Below are positions 12,301 to 23,900 of a stretch of 64,000 nt of DNA, piece by piece; within the stretch, counting starts at the first letter, position 1, and each line of letters starts with the position of its first letter. Under the pieces are notes generated by a model. The model searched no databases, had not been told where the DNA came from, and was given only the letters and a program-made list of their open reading frames with translations. The translations under genes were made by a program, and so were the position numbers. Source of the stretch: Bugula neritina (lineage: Eukaryota; Animalia; Bryozoa); contig OZ037767.1 of NCBI GenBank assembly GCA_964035545.1, positions 2,119,680-2,183,679 of the forward strand. The letters are read 5' to 3'.

Positions 12301-13823
12301 ACTAGTAAAACACCAATAAATACACCTAAATAATCGAAGTTCTTTTTAATTTTGCTTCATTTCCCATGTTTTTTCCCAATTATTCAGCTACTTTTGATTG
12401 CAGACCGTTACGGTTTTTTTGTAACGGTCCGCACTCCTAATAAGCTAAATATATAAGAAAAGACATGGGAAATCAAGCAAAATTAAGAACCCTAATTATT
12501 TCGATGTATTTATTGGTGCTTTACTAATTTTGGGCAAAAAGCCATGTTCATTACCAGCTAAATTGTGAAAAATAGCTAAAAACTGAAGATATCCAGTGTG
12601 TACTAAATTAAGTAAAATGATCCTATTATACAACTGTTAGCTCACTAGTAACTAGTACATACACTGTGTGTTGTAGTTCTTCAATAACATGAAGTATATC
12701 ATAGGTGGGGAGTTGTATTCCCTTCAGGATATTGAAAATGGTGTGTTGAGAGCAAACAGAAAGGGCGTAGGTACGATATATTATAGCCAGTAAAAATCTA
12801 GTTGACAAATAGATTATTTTTTAAAGGTTTCGTGAACCTGATACAAATTTTATGCAACCTTGTGGTACTAAAAGGTAGATTTTGTAAACTCAGATGTTGA
12901 CCTCCCAGATTTTCAACCTTTCTTGTCTAAACCTATCACATGGCACTATTTTCTTTGCAGGAATGATATTTCGCCCATTCAGTGTGTCTGATGCTAGATA
13001 TAAGGTAGCCTTGGAGCACCATGAGCCTCTCATACACTTTGCTTTAGTTTGTGGGGCAAAGAGTTGCCCTCCCATTAAAACGTATTCCGCAGATGGAGTT
13101 ATGGATCAGGTTAGTCGAGACTATTTCTCTCATATTCACTTCAATTTATAAATTTTGCATTTTTAATGAGAGCATTTATTTTTTCCCATATATAATCATG
13201 TTTGTTTGCTTAACAAAAGACTAAGTATATGTTGATATTACAACAGGTATACAATATTACAACAGGTATACAATATTACAATATGTATAGATAACAACCA
13301 TAGATGATTAATCATTTGCTTGGAAGCCTTATAGAGTATTGTATATTTTCATAAAGGTGAACATTTCGTGCAGTTGTCAGCTGTGTTTGCAGGTATTCCT
13401 TCTCAGACTACTCGCATTGCATCCTGTTTCTTATTTTTATTCTTGTATTTCTTGTCAGCTGAAAACTGCTGCTCAGGCATTCCTAGAAGGTGAAGATGTT
13501 TTGGTTGACCTTGAAAAGGGGACTGTAGCATTATCTAAGATATTCCAGTGGTATAAAGAAGACTTTGGTGGCACTGATAGCTCTGTATGTTATTCCCAAA
13601 TTTCTAATTAAGAGCTTTCGTGATAACTCTGTCTTGAAGTTTTAAAATATCTGAATTTTCAACAACAAAAATTGAAAATTGGATTCATTTTTTCTTGCAG
13701 TTGATTGGCTGGATTTGTGACAACATGGACCAATCAGAGAAGAGAGATCAGTTGAAGCAGCTACATGCTAGCGGTAGATACAAAGTTCATTTCTTGACAT
13801 ATGATTGGTCTACCAACAGTTAA
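9386..13823 (+). CDS. Glutaredoxin-DEP-DUF547 multidomain protein (uncharacterised)
   Basis: Exons 9386-9619 (ATG after acceptor at 9371), 9866-9992, 10447/10450-10614, 10848-11015, 11433-11704, 12677-12770, 12961-13109, 13459-13584, 13701-13823 (TAA), phases consistent. Grx motif YSLTGCAHC...TVPQIFFNDVYIGG; DEP-like IADHRSGIFKQKRTFTGRDFVAY...GQQLLQRHFIYAVKHQQGFSNSDNLFRL; DUF547 motifs EKLAFFINVYNAL, YSLQDIENGVLR, EPLIHFALVCGAKSCPPI, LSKIFQWYKEDFG, YDWSTN. Confidence 0.92.
10994..11116 (+). repeat. Donor-spanning tandem repeat, ~32-bp unit x4
   Basis: ACTTCCTGTCAACCCTCGTCAG|GTGAGTGAGC; the first copy is the true exon end (11015). Confidence 0.95.
12205..12623. mobile_element. Foldback MITE-like element with ~165-bp imperfect inverted arms, in an intron of the Grx-DEP-DUF547 gene
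   Basis: 12208-~12372 is the reverse complement of ~12457-12620 (TCATTTTACTT..TTTAGTACACACTGGATATCTTCAGTTTTTAGCTATTTTTCACAATTTA); TATT on both flanks (12201-12204, 12624-12627); small central hairpin GACCGTTAC/GTAACGGTC. Confidence 0.8.
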
Positions 13824-14957
13824 GGCTGTGATGATGGGTCAACCTTTTTAAACTCTAGTTTGATTGGTTAAAACCCAATAGCTTTATGATTATTGGTCAA
13901 CTATAAATACTAACAAAAGTAAACCTTTTAACGACTAGTCTTTTCACAAATATGGATCATTATTCTACTTTTTAATTTTTTAATATAAACTAGTTACTGT
14001 TTTATGTTTTTATTTGTTATTTGGGTCATCTAATTAGGCTGCATAATATATTACATTCCTAAACTGCCTAAAGGGTTGTAACTGAATTATGGGCTTACTT
14101 AGGCGTGTTAAATCAATAAACATGGTACTGTATCTCCTACATCATCTAACTCGACATGAATATTGTTATAATACTACTCACCCTCATCCGCCATGTAAGG
14201 CAGATAGTTTAGTGAGCTATAAATGCTTTCCTAAGAAGCAAATTTTAGAAATCATGGGGTCTTGTGGGATATACACATCTTATACCATAGAATAAAGTAT
14301 GGTACACGTTAATTCTTTAATTTACATATTTTATCATGGTAATGTAATAGGCATGTAGAGTACATGTCGTGTACCTAAAGGCAATAAGTTTTGTTATTTT
14401 TATTTTATAAATCATTGTGATAGTCACTTTTAATCATTCCCCACTTGTACTTTGTTTAAGGTATATATTTCTCGTTAACATAGTTAGCATAGGTTATTAA
14501 TATGTTGTTTTCATAGATGTGATTTATTTTGAACTGTTACTTTTCTTGGTATTTTTGGTATATGAATATATATTTTATTAAATGTTGTGTATTTATTACA
14601 TATAATAAATAAAACATGGTGAACAAATTTACCAAATCTTCTGTAGAACAAATAAGCTTTGAATGGATTAAATGGCACACAGACCTTGTATCCAATATGT
14701 ATATCCATATATTAGTAGATTATGTACATAATGTTCAAGATATATACATATCTACAACTGATTAAATAAATACAAACCCAATAGGTTTCAAGTCACCAAT
14801 ACATATTATCAGCATTAAAGTAAATGTCCTTCACATCTGCCTTGAATGAAGACACCGTGCACATGAAATGGCAATAAGTACATGTGTACTCGATTCACCA
14901 AGGCTGTGAGGCTAACATTAGCGTCTAATCAAAGTACCTGTGATGGAGGGGATATCA

Positions 14958-17900
14958 CTAAAACCCCTTGCGACCTCGACCCTTAGTCTTACTTCTCTTT
15001 AGACTTTGGGACTGGGAGGCAGGCTTTAGGGAGGTGTTGGGAGTGTCCAACATTTTGGATGGTAAAGTTGAACTGAAGAAATCTACTTTAGGCTTGAACA
15101 TCTAAAACAAATGAATATCAAGTCAGTTACATGCTTACAAATAAAACTCTTTGTGCGTGCCCGCTTAGGTTGGTGGTACTTAGGCTATACTTGAAAAATG
15201 TTGTAAAGTGTTTGTCATTTTATACTCGACACAATTTTTATGAAATCATTTTTAGAATCTCCAAAATCATAAATTTCCTTCCAGCAGACGTATAAAAGAG
15301 TTCTAAATCTTACAACAGAAGAATTCCCGGCAGATCTGCGTGAAACTCTGGAGATCACAGAATGTGCCCCGGTTCTCTTTCTAGCAGATGACCTTGAGAC
15401 AAACGACCTTGCCACAGACAGCCTAGCGGACCTGGCTCTGCTCACCGAGGATATGGAAGAGAGGCCGTCAAAGTCTTTACCAACAGTGGAGCTACAGAGG
15501 AGACCAGACAAATAGTAAGCTCACTACATCAGTTAACTCTTACAGTATAACACCCGTCTTACTCCACACGTCTATAGCACCACACCCAAGTTGTAAAGTC
15601 CTCTAAGTTTAAGTACATAAACACAAGTCAATGCATCTATCAAACTACACCACAACCGTAACAGTAGAGTATTCCAACCAAATCACCACATAGACATAAA
15701 TACAACACAAAGTCTCGCTACACAGCTAGTAGTCTGCACCACGAGTAGTCTGCACACAACACACTGCAATACCACTACACGATACACACCCCTCCCCAGC
15801 AGCTCTGCGTAGTAATCTCTCTCGTCTATCGTCCCATTCTCTGTCTCTCTCAGCCAGCGAAATTGCGATATCATCTCCATTCCATAACTGCAACAAAGGA
15901 GACACCAAGTCATCAACAACTGTACGGCGTCAGCATGACTCAGTGAGCCAGTCAGCATCCACAGCTACTGATGAAACACCGACTAAAGTGTCACGTTATT
16001 TCCACATATCAACTCAACTGCCCCACTACAGTTCACACCGACCGCAGGTAAGAAACAAACCTGTAAAAGTAAGCAGCTGTTGGCATCACTTCCTGCTTTC
16101 TCGAGAGGAAGAAAAGAAAAGAGAAGGGCGAGCTCCCCGACCCCCTCCTCACCCATGTCGTAGTGTAGTTTAGATCTAATGCTACAGAGAGCAGTTCGAC
16201 CCTCGGTTAGAGAGAGACCACACACCATGCACCTGCGAGAAACAAAACAAACATCAGCCACTATAGTTAGACTTGAAACAAATTGTACCACACAAGAGAA
16301 CACAACTACTAGAAATTGACTCACTGAAAGTCTTCTGCTGAATCAATATCTTCTGTCCCAGCCCCACCTCTGCACACAGCACACTGCTGCAGAGACTGTG
16401 TTACATCACTGCTCCTGACACGAAGACGGGGCGGGTGTTCACTCGTCCCCGCATCATCTTCTACCTCGACATCGGCTATTTTACTATACCTATACAGTAG
16501 ATATTAAAGGTAAGTTGAAGTCCGTTACTACTGGAAAGAATATTACAACAAATAATTAGCAGTGACATACGAGGGAACTGGCCATAGTCTAGTAGATAGA
16601 GCAGTTGCACCTCAGTCCTTAGTCTATATTAAAGAACCGTTACTATCAGGGGTTGTTACAGGGATGGAGACTTTTAACAAATGTGAGCTTTTTTCAATTT
16701 AATTTATTATATAATTATTGTATTATTATATAATTTATGACAAACTTTATACTAAATTCAAGTAAATATTATTACTGAAAATTACCAAAATAAACATCTT
16801 TGCGTCACGTGATCGGGTATTTCCTCATCGCTCAGTCTGGGACCAGCTGAGTGCGTGACTTCCTTTAAACTGCTTGAAGATCCTTCACTTCCTGTTTGAA
16901 CATATGTCTGCTGGAACAGGTCTCCTTTACCTACAGGTATAGATAACTACCAGTCAATATTTACTAGAATAACTACCAAAGAGTATTTACCCAACTGTTA
17001 CTCATTAATTACCAATCTAATGAATATTATTCTAGCAGCATTAACCCCCCCCCCCTCTCCGGGTACCAAACATTACAGGAAGCTTACCAGTGAGCATGTG
17101 CACCGTAAAGTCTTTGCTATTGCTCTCTCTGGTGACAGTCAATCCTAGCAGACCAGCATTTAGCCTGCTTTCCACTGAAATTCTGTCAGCTATATAGGGC
17201 TGGGTGTCTCTATTGTAGATCATATCACTCGGCTACAAACAGATGGAAAACCAGGAAATCAGAAAGTACGAAGCTTTAAGAAATAAATGGTTTACGAGGA
17301 TACAAAATTTACCCATAAAATTAACAAATGTAAATAGAAAACCACTATGCAACAATTTAACTAGATAAAAATAGAAGGCAAAAGTTATACTTTAACCCTA
17401 ACTACCATAACTATGTTGATATCACAAATATTGTCACTTAGACACACCAAGTGAGACTACAGGACAAATAAAGTCTGTTACAGTCAACACACGACATTTT
17501 ACAGATAACTGCTGAATTAACCGATTGTAAACATATGGGCATTAGAATAATGCATGTCATTGTATAAAGGAGGTCAAGAATACTTTTTGCCACATTGAAT
17601 TCCTTAGAGCACAGACCATATGATAAGAATCAGTAAACCCCAGACATCTCAAGAATAAAACAAGTTACTAGTCTACAGACTACTCAAAGAATAACTGCTA
17701 CACATATTATTCTACGCAAAGTGAATATTACTTTGAGCTTTAAAGCCTTACCTGACTGCATTTCCACAGAGGCGTAGTTTTCAAGCCATCTTGAATAAGA
17801 AAAGAGAACACTTCCTGATTGGTTGGACATCCAGCCAATAGAAGGTCAGTGTTTGAGTTGAGAGCAGAACTGTTCATCAACATGGGCCATGCAAGCGAAG

Positions 17901-20900
17901 GTAGTAGCTGGTATATCAGCGGGTATCTGTGCACAAAACAATGCATTGCAAATATATATACATATAATGCTCTCACTTTACTTTCAGCAATGACATTCAG
18001 TGATTGAGCTCTCCAACCATAGTTATAAACTCCAGCTGCTAGCATTATGCAAGGCTCGTAACTCCTACTTGAGTTTTCTGGCTTGAAGTTTACACACATT
18101 TTAAATATGCTTTACTAGAATTTTTTCCTATTGTAAAGATGGTACTCTGTAGTGTGCTGACGAGGGGACAAATCCTGAAACAGATGCTGTACACATAGTG
18201 ATTTTTAATAGTGTGTGTGTGCGTGCGTGAGTGTGTGTGCGTGTACAGCAACTGTGTCAGGGTTTGTCCCCTCATTAACAAAGAACAGAGTTAATCCCAC
18301 AAGTTAGATGAGAAGAGTGACTCTACTGTTAGACTGCGAATAGACATACTACTAGATAACATGACAGAGTAACATTCAACACTAACTTGGGATATCGCTC
18401 ATCAATGCCAAGGAGAGTGTGATGTGCTAGTACATAGTGAGTGAAGTCTCTACTCTGTATTGACGTGACGAGTCGCTCGTTAGAGTGCAGCACTCGGTTA
18501 GAGGGAACCTCAAACAGATCTATGCCATCACCTTGTGACCTCGTGTCGTACAGAGTGCACACCGTCGGGTCAGTCATCACTATGTGCTGTGGATGACACC
18601 CATAATGCACCTGAAAGAAAGGAAGATCTACAGAAAAAGAGACCATTCTTGACTCACTATATTGTAGTAGAAGTTCCAAAGCCGCATATTTTACACAGTC
18701 TTTGGGAAGACAACTTACCGATCTAACGTCTGATTCAACAGAAAATCTCGGCTGCCAACTATTTAACACGCAAACAGGTTTGTTTTGTGTGTCCCACTTC
18801 ATGATAGAGTCATTTCTAACAAACACAACTTCTGGATAGTAGGGGTTCATGCACGCGTGTCGTATGCCCCCCTTCTTTAATTTGTTCACCAATGTGAGAT
18901 CTGAGTCTGCCTTGTACAAACACAAACTTTTGCCCATCCTGTGAAAGCAGGTAAAAGCAGTCTGTACACATATTACAACCTACTCCCGCATGCTGCATAT
19001 AGACAGTAACAGCTGCAAAGTTATTAATTATGATTAGTTTCATTCGTCACAATAAATTGTCTACAAAAAGCAAGTACAGCGAAATCTAGTGAACTGTTAA
19101 GACATCAGATAATTAGAAAACATAGCAGCAGTGATTACTGTTATGTTTGTGTTTCGTTGTGATAATATGAATTTGAAGTAGCTTGTGTAGTATATGTCTG
19201 TATTAATAGAGCACTAGCAGGCAACAAGTAAAACAGGGATGAGTAAATGCAATCACCGGCTTTCCATGGACCGATCTCAGCGAGATAGATCTGAGCACAT
19301 CTCTCAGATCGATCGTTTTTTCCATGAAAGTGTCAGATCGATCTTGCGTAGTTGCCTCCTCTTTAGTGAATAAATTTTTTGAGGGTAATTTCCCCCCCCC
19401 ACGGGTGATTAAAGCTACTTTGATTAAAAAACAAGATTGTTGCAGCCTAAAAGTTAACGCCAGCTATAAACTACACGCAGCAAATCTTTTAGAGTGAAGT
19501 AAATTGACCAATTTATGATGATCAATTTTAATTTTTTAGCTTGACAGCTTATATAAAATTAATAGCTGTCTTGCAAATTATTCACAAACTTACAAGATTG
19601 TTAGGCTTGAAATTACGCAGCAAATAGCTAATGAAAGTAAGTTTTACTAGCCATTTAAATTCAATTTAAATGCTCCTATTTTGTACCTTCTACGGTCTGT
19701 AATTTTATATAATTGAGTTTTTTTAATCATAGTACTGAAAGTCAAAGTTTTGGCATCTGAAAAGGTGGCTATCGTAATTATTAAGTAATTTGTTTAGTAA
19801 TTAACAATAATTTATCATTTTTATTGGCAGACAACATTTTAGCGGACAGTCTTTTTTTACTTCTCAGATCGATCTTTCGTCTTTCCATGGTCTTATTGCC
19901 TTGAGATCGATCTGAGTTCGAGCTCTACAGACCGACCAGCTCAGATCGATGGATATCGATCTTTGACGTCTTTCCATGGATCGATCTCGCTGAGATCGAT
20001 CCATGGAAAGCTGGTGAATGAAAACTGGTCATGTGGTAACAGCTTACATCAGAATGAATGACAAACCACTAATAAGAATATGAGTATATAATGGTAAACA
20101 AATATATGACAGAACTAAGCTGCTAGTCAGGTTATGTAATTGCAAGAGTATCTATACGTATGTATCACTTACCTACTGACTGCCATCAGCTCATCACCAT
20201 AGGAAGTTAGCTCCACTTGCTTAATTCTATGACAATGCTGGGTTTTCCCAATAGGACTGAGTTCTGTGAAGTGCTCACCCTGATTTGCCTGCAGTATTTT
20301 ATAAGCATCTGTTTAACATACGATTATTATACACTGTATATTATTATACACTATATTATATTACTATACACTATATTATATTACTATAAACTACATTATA
20401 CTACTTCACACTAAATTACATTATTATACACTATATTATATTACTACACACTGTACCATGGTATTTCTCACTGTGTAATAGCACTGCATAGTGTAACATA
20501 TAACTACATGTTGTATTACTATGCAAGTACCTGTGACACAATGACAGCTGTATTACTATGCAAGTACCTGTGACACAATGACAGCTGTATTACTCTGCAA
20601 GTACCTGTGACACAATGACAGCTGTATTACTATGCAAGTACCTGTGACACAATGACAGCTGTATTACTATGCAAGTACCTGTGACACAATGGCATCTGTA
20701 TTACTCTGCAAGTATCTGTGACACAATGACAGCTGTACTACTATGCAAGTACCTGTGACACAATGACAGCTGTATTACTATGCAAGTACCTGTGACACAA
20801 TGACAGCTGTATTACTCTGCAAGTACCTGCGACACACTGAAAGCTGTATTACTATACAAGTACCTGTGACACAATGACAGCTGACTGATTACTATGCAAG

Positions 20901-23900
20901 TACCTGTGACACAATGACAGCTGACTGATTGCTGCCGGCAGCATAGGCCATGTAATTCTCTCCGCTGTCAGTTTGAGTTGCGCTGAGACATCCACCAATA
21001 TAATCTGTAGGGATTTGTGGGATATCTACGTCAGCGAATAACCTGTAGCATACAGAGTACATTCCTATGACTCATACTGATACGTCACATGTTACAAACA
21101 TACTGATACGTCACATGTTACAAACATACAGTGGAGAAAAACAAAAATCTCTTTATTCTCCATATTTTCTTATATCTAAATAGCCGTTGTAAGAAAAGTC
21201 CAATGACAAAGCTACGGCATAAATGGACTTATTGAAGCCCCATCTAATTATTTATTGAAAGGTTTGACTGGACATAGAGGCTTCTTACAGAATAATATAT
21301 CAATTCAACAAATTTATTTTTTGCAAAACAAGTCTACTAAACATAAACAGAAATAATAGAAATATAGTGAAGATAGAATACAATTCAAAAGCGGTTAGTT
21401 TTTTACACACAACTAAACAAAAAGATGCCTTCCCAGAGTTCCATAGAGAGAACCTACCTCTCATCTCTATGCATTCCACACAACACTCTCTCAACAAGAG
21501 CGTTGCCTTCCGTCAGGTCCACCACTGCTTGCTTCAACCCCTCTACACTCCTTCCAGTATACGGGTTGCTCTGCCTCTCCGTCACATCTTCATCAGACGT
21601 CTTCTAACCAACAGAAGTGTTATATTATACTATATAGCACTATACTTCCATACATTGATATACATGATATCACTATTATGGTAGGTACTGATTAGGGTTA
21701 AACAAGTGGTGACAACTTTTCTACAGCAACAGTTTTCAAAATATTTATCGGATTTTGTTACTTTTTTCACAAACCAAGACATAAAAAAGCGAAAAAGACA
21801 CTACATTACTTAGCCTAGGGCCACACGGTGCGTATTTTCGCATGCGAAAATTGAAATCACAAGTAGCAAAGGTGTCCACTGTGCGCGTTGAGAAAACCTT
21901 CGCACTTGTCGCTCTGCATTCTCAACGCAAGTGCGAATCGTCTCTGTCGTCGTCACCTAATTGGCTGATAGTTATTCAGCGAGCCCAACTTCTTTATTTT
22001 AGTGCTACATTCCAGTAAATTGCGTTTTATTGAAAGCGAGTGCGATTTAAAAATGAAAGCTTTATTTATCACGCATCACTGACGCTACAGTGGACACCTT
22101 TGCTACTTGTGATTTCAATTTTCGCATGCGAAAATACGCACCGTGTGGCCCTAGGCTTATAGATTATTAGTTATAGGTGATATGTTATTGAATACACAAT
22201 GATAATATTTCCGCAACCTTTCTTCTCTTCTTCTGTGATCCCAAACTGTCAGTTCTGGAGGACAATGACTCAGCAGATGACTCATCTGTGTTCTCTTCGT
22301 CTGAATCTGACCAGACAATATTATTATTATAGGAGATGGACTACCAGAGCAGCACTAGGTGGTTAAACAGTAATCACATTGGAACATACAGGTACACTAG
22401 CCTCAGTCATGTTATATCTCCAAATAATAGTACTTTGTCGTTTATAATATTATCAAGTCTAATAGAATATTATCTACCTAGTCATATACATTATTACATA
22501 TCGTATATTACACTCACATTTACTATATAGTCAGTATATAGTACATCCATTTCATTAAAATGAATAATAGTATTACAGTACATTAATTGTATATTGCAGT
22601 CATATATTATACTACATAGCCATATTACAATACATCGACGGTCATATATTATATTACATAGCAGTATTACAGCATAATAATCATATATTACAGTCACGTA
22701 TCACATCACACAGTCATATATTACATATATTATCATATATCACAGCATAGCAATAATTTATTACAGTTATATAATACAATACACAGTCATACATTACATA
22801 TATTATCATATATGTAATGTATCGTCATATATTACAGCATATTAATCATATATTACAGTTATGTAATACAATACACAATCATATATTACACAATAGTCAT
22901 AGTCTGGTCACATACTGAAGAGTAGTAAACACCACTCACTGGTATTCAAGTCCAGCTGCCTTCTGACTTGACGTAGCAGACGTTTAGCAGCTTTGTGCGT
23001 GTCTCGAACTTCTGCTCCGTATTTCTTCTTGGTATCATTCACCATGGCTATCCGATAGTTGATAGACTCCTTCATCTTTATGATTTTCATTAACTCCTAC
23101 ACAATGATATTACATATAGTAACCTAAACAATGATATTACATATAGCATCCTAAACAATGATATTACATATAGCATCCTACACAATGATATTACATATAG
23201 CATCCTACACAGTGATATTACATATAGCATCCTACACAATGATATTACATATAGCATCCTACACAGTGGTACAACATATAACCAGCATAGCCCTTATTGC
23301 TAGTAAATAAAGATGCAAAAGTTCCAACAAGTAACATACACACTACAACAGGAAACACAATAGGTACATATCTTAAAATAAATTTTCTAAAGCAAAATCT
23401 TTATCTTGTTTCTTTCGTGCATCAAATATTTTTAAGCTGTTTTAGTTTAGGTGTAAAGAGTTGTGGTTGAGGTAAATAGAGGAATAGTGAGAGACGTACC
23501 TTGTGAGGTTGGTCGCAGGGGTTAGAGTCCACAGTCTCCTCATTCCTGAGAATACTGTTGGTTAGAGTTGGCACAGCGAAATGTGGAGCTGTGTGGGATA
23601 ATGTAAGTCTGCTAGATTCTACACGGCTTTCTCCGTTTTCTTTCCTAAGCTACAGGGAAATAGAAACTAGAGCTTTGAGTATTACGCTATTAGTGGTGAT
23701 AGAAAATACTTCATTAAATATTATTGAATACATAACACTATTACCACTACTAATCACTACTACAATAAAAAATGTTGAAAAAATTTTATGTGACATTTTA
23801 CATCAAATGGTAGGCAAGCAGCATATGTGGCTGAAATCACCAGAAATTTTGTGCAGTGTCAATGTAATCATACGAAGTTATTTCAACAAGTATTTGTAAC

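Noticed and set aside
14300-14957. SECIS element to explain the TAF1C in-frame TGA
   Set aside because: No RTGA...AA...GA stem-loop with the right spacing was seen by eye; not computationally excluded.
16578-16620. Weak tRNA/SINE-head resemblance (GGCCATAGTCTAGTAGATAGAGCA)
   Set aside because: No T-loop or B-box; too degenerate to call.
18090-18180. Possible extra TAF1C exon (ICPLVSTLQ...)
   Set aside because: Joining 18387 directly to 17926 gives an in-frame DERYPKYPLI; this segment has no good donor and ends in a stop.
20513-20930. CRISPR-like appearance of the 37-bp repeats
   Set aside because: Head-to-tail units with no unique spacers, no cas genes, and located in a eukaryotic intron.
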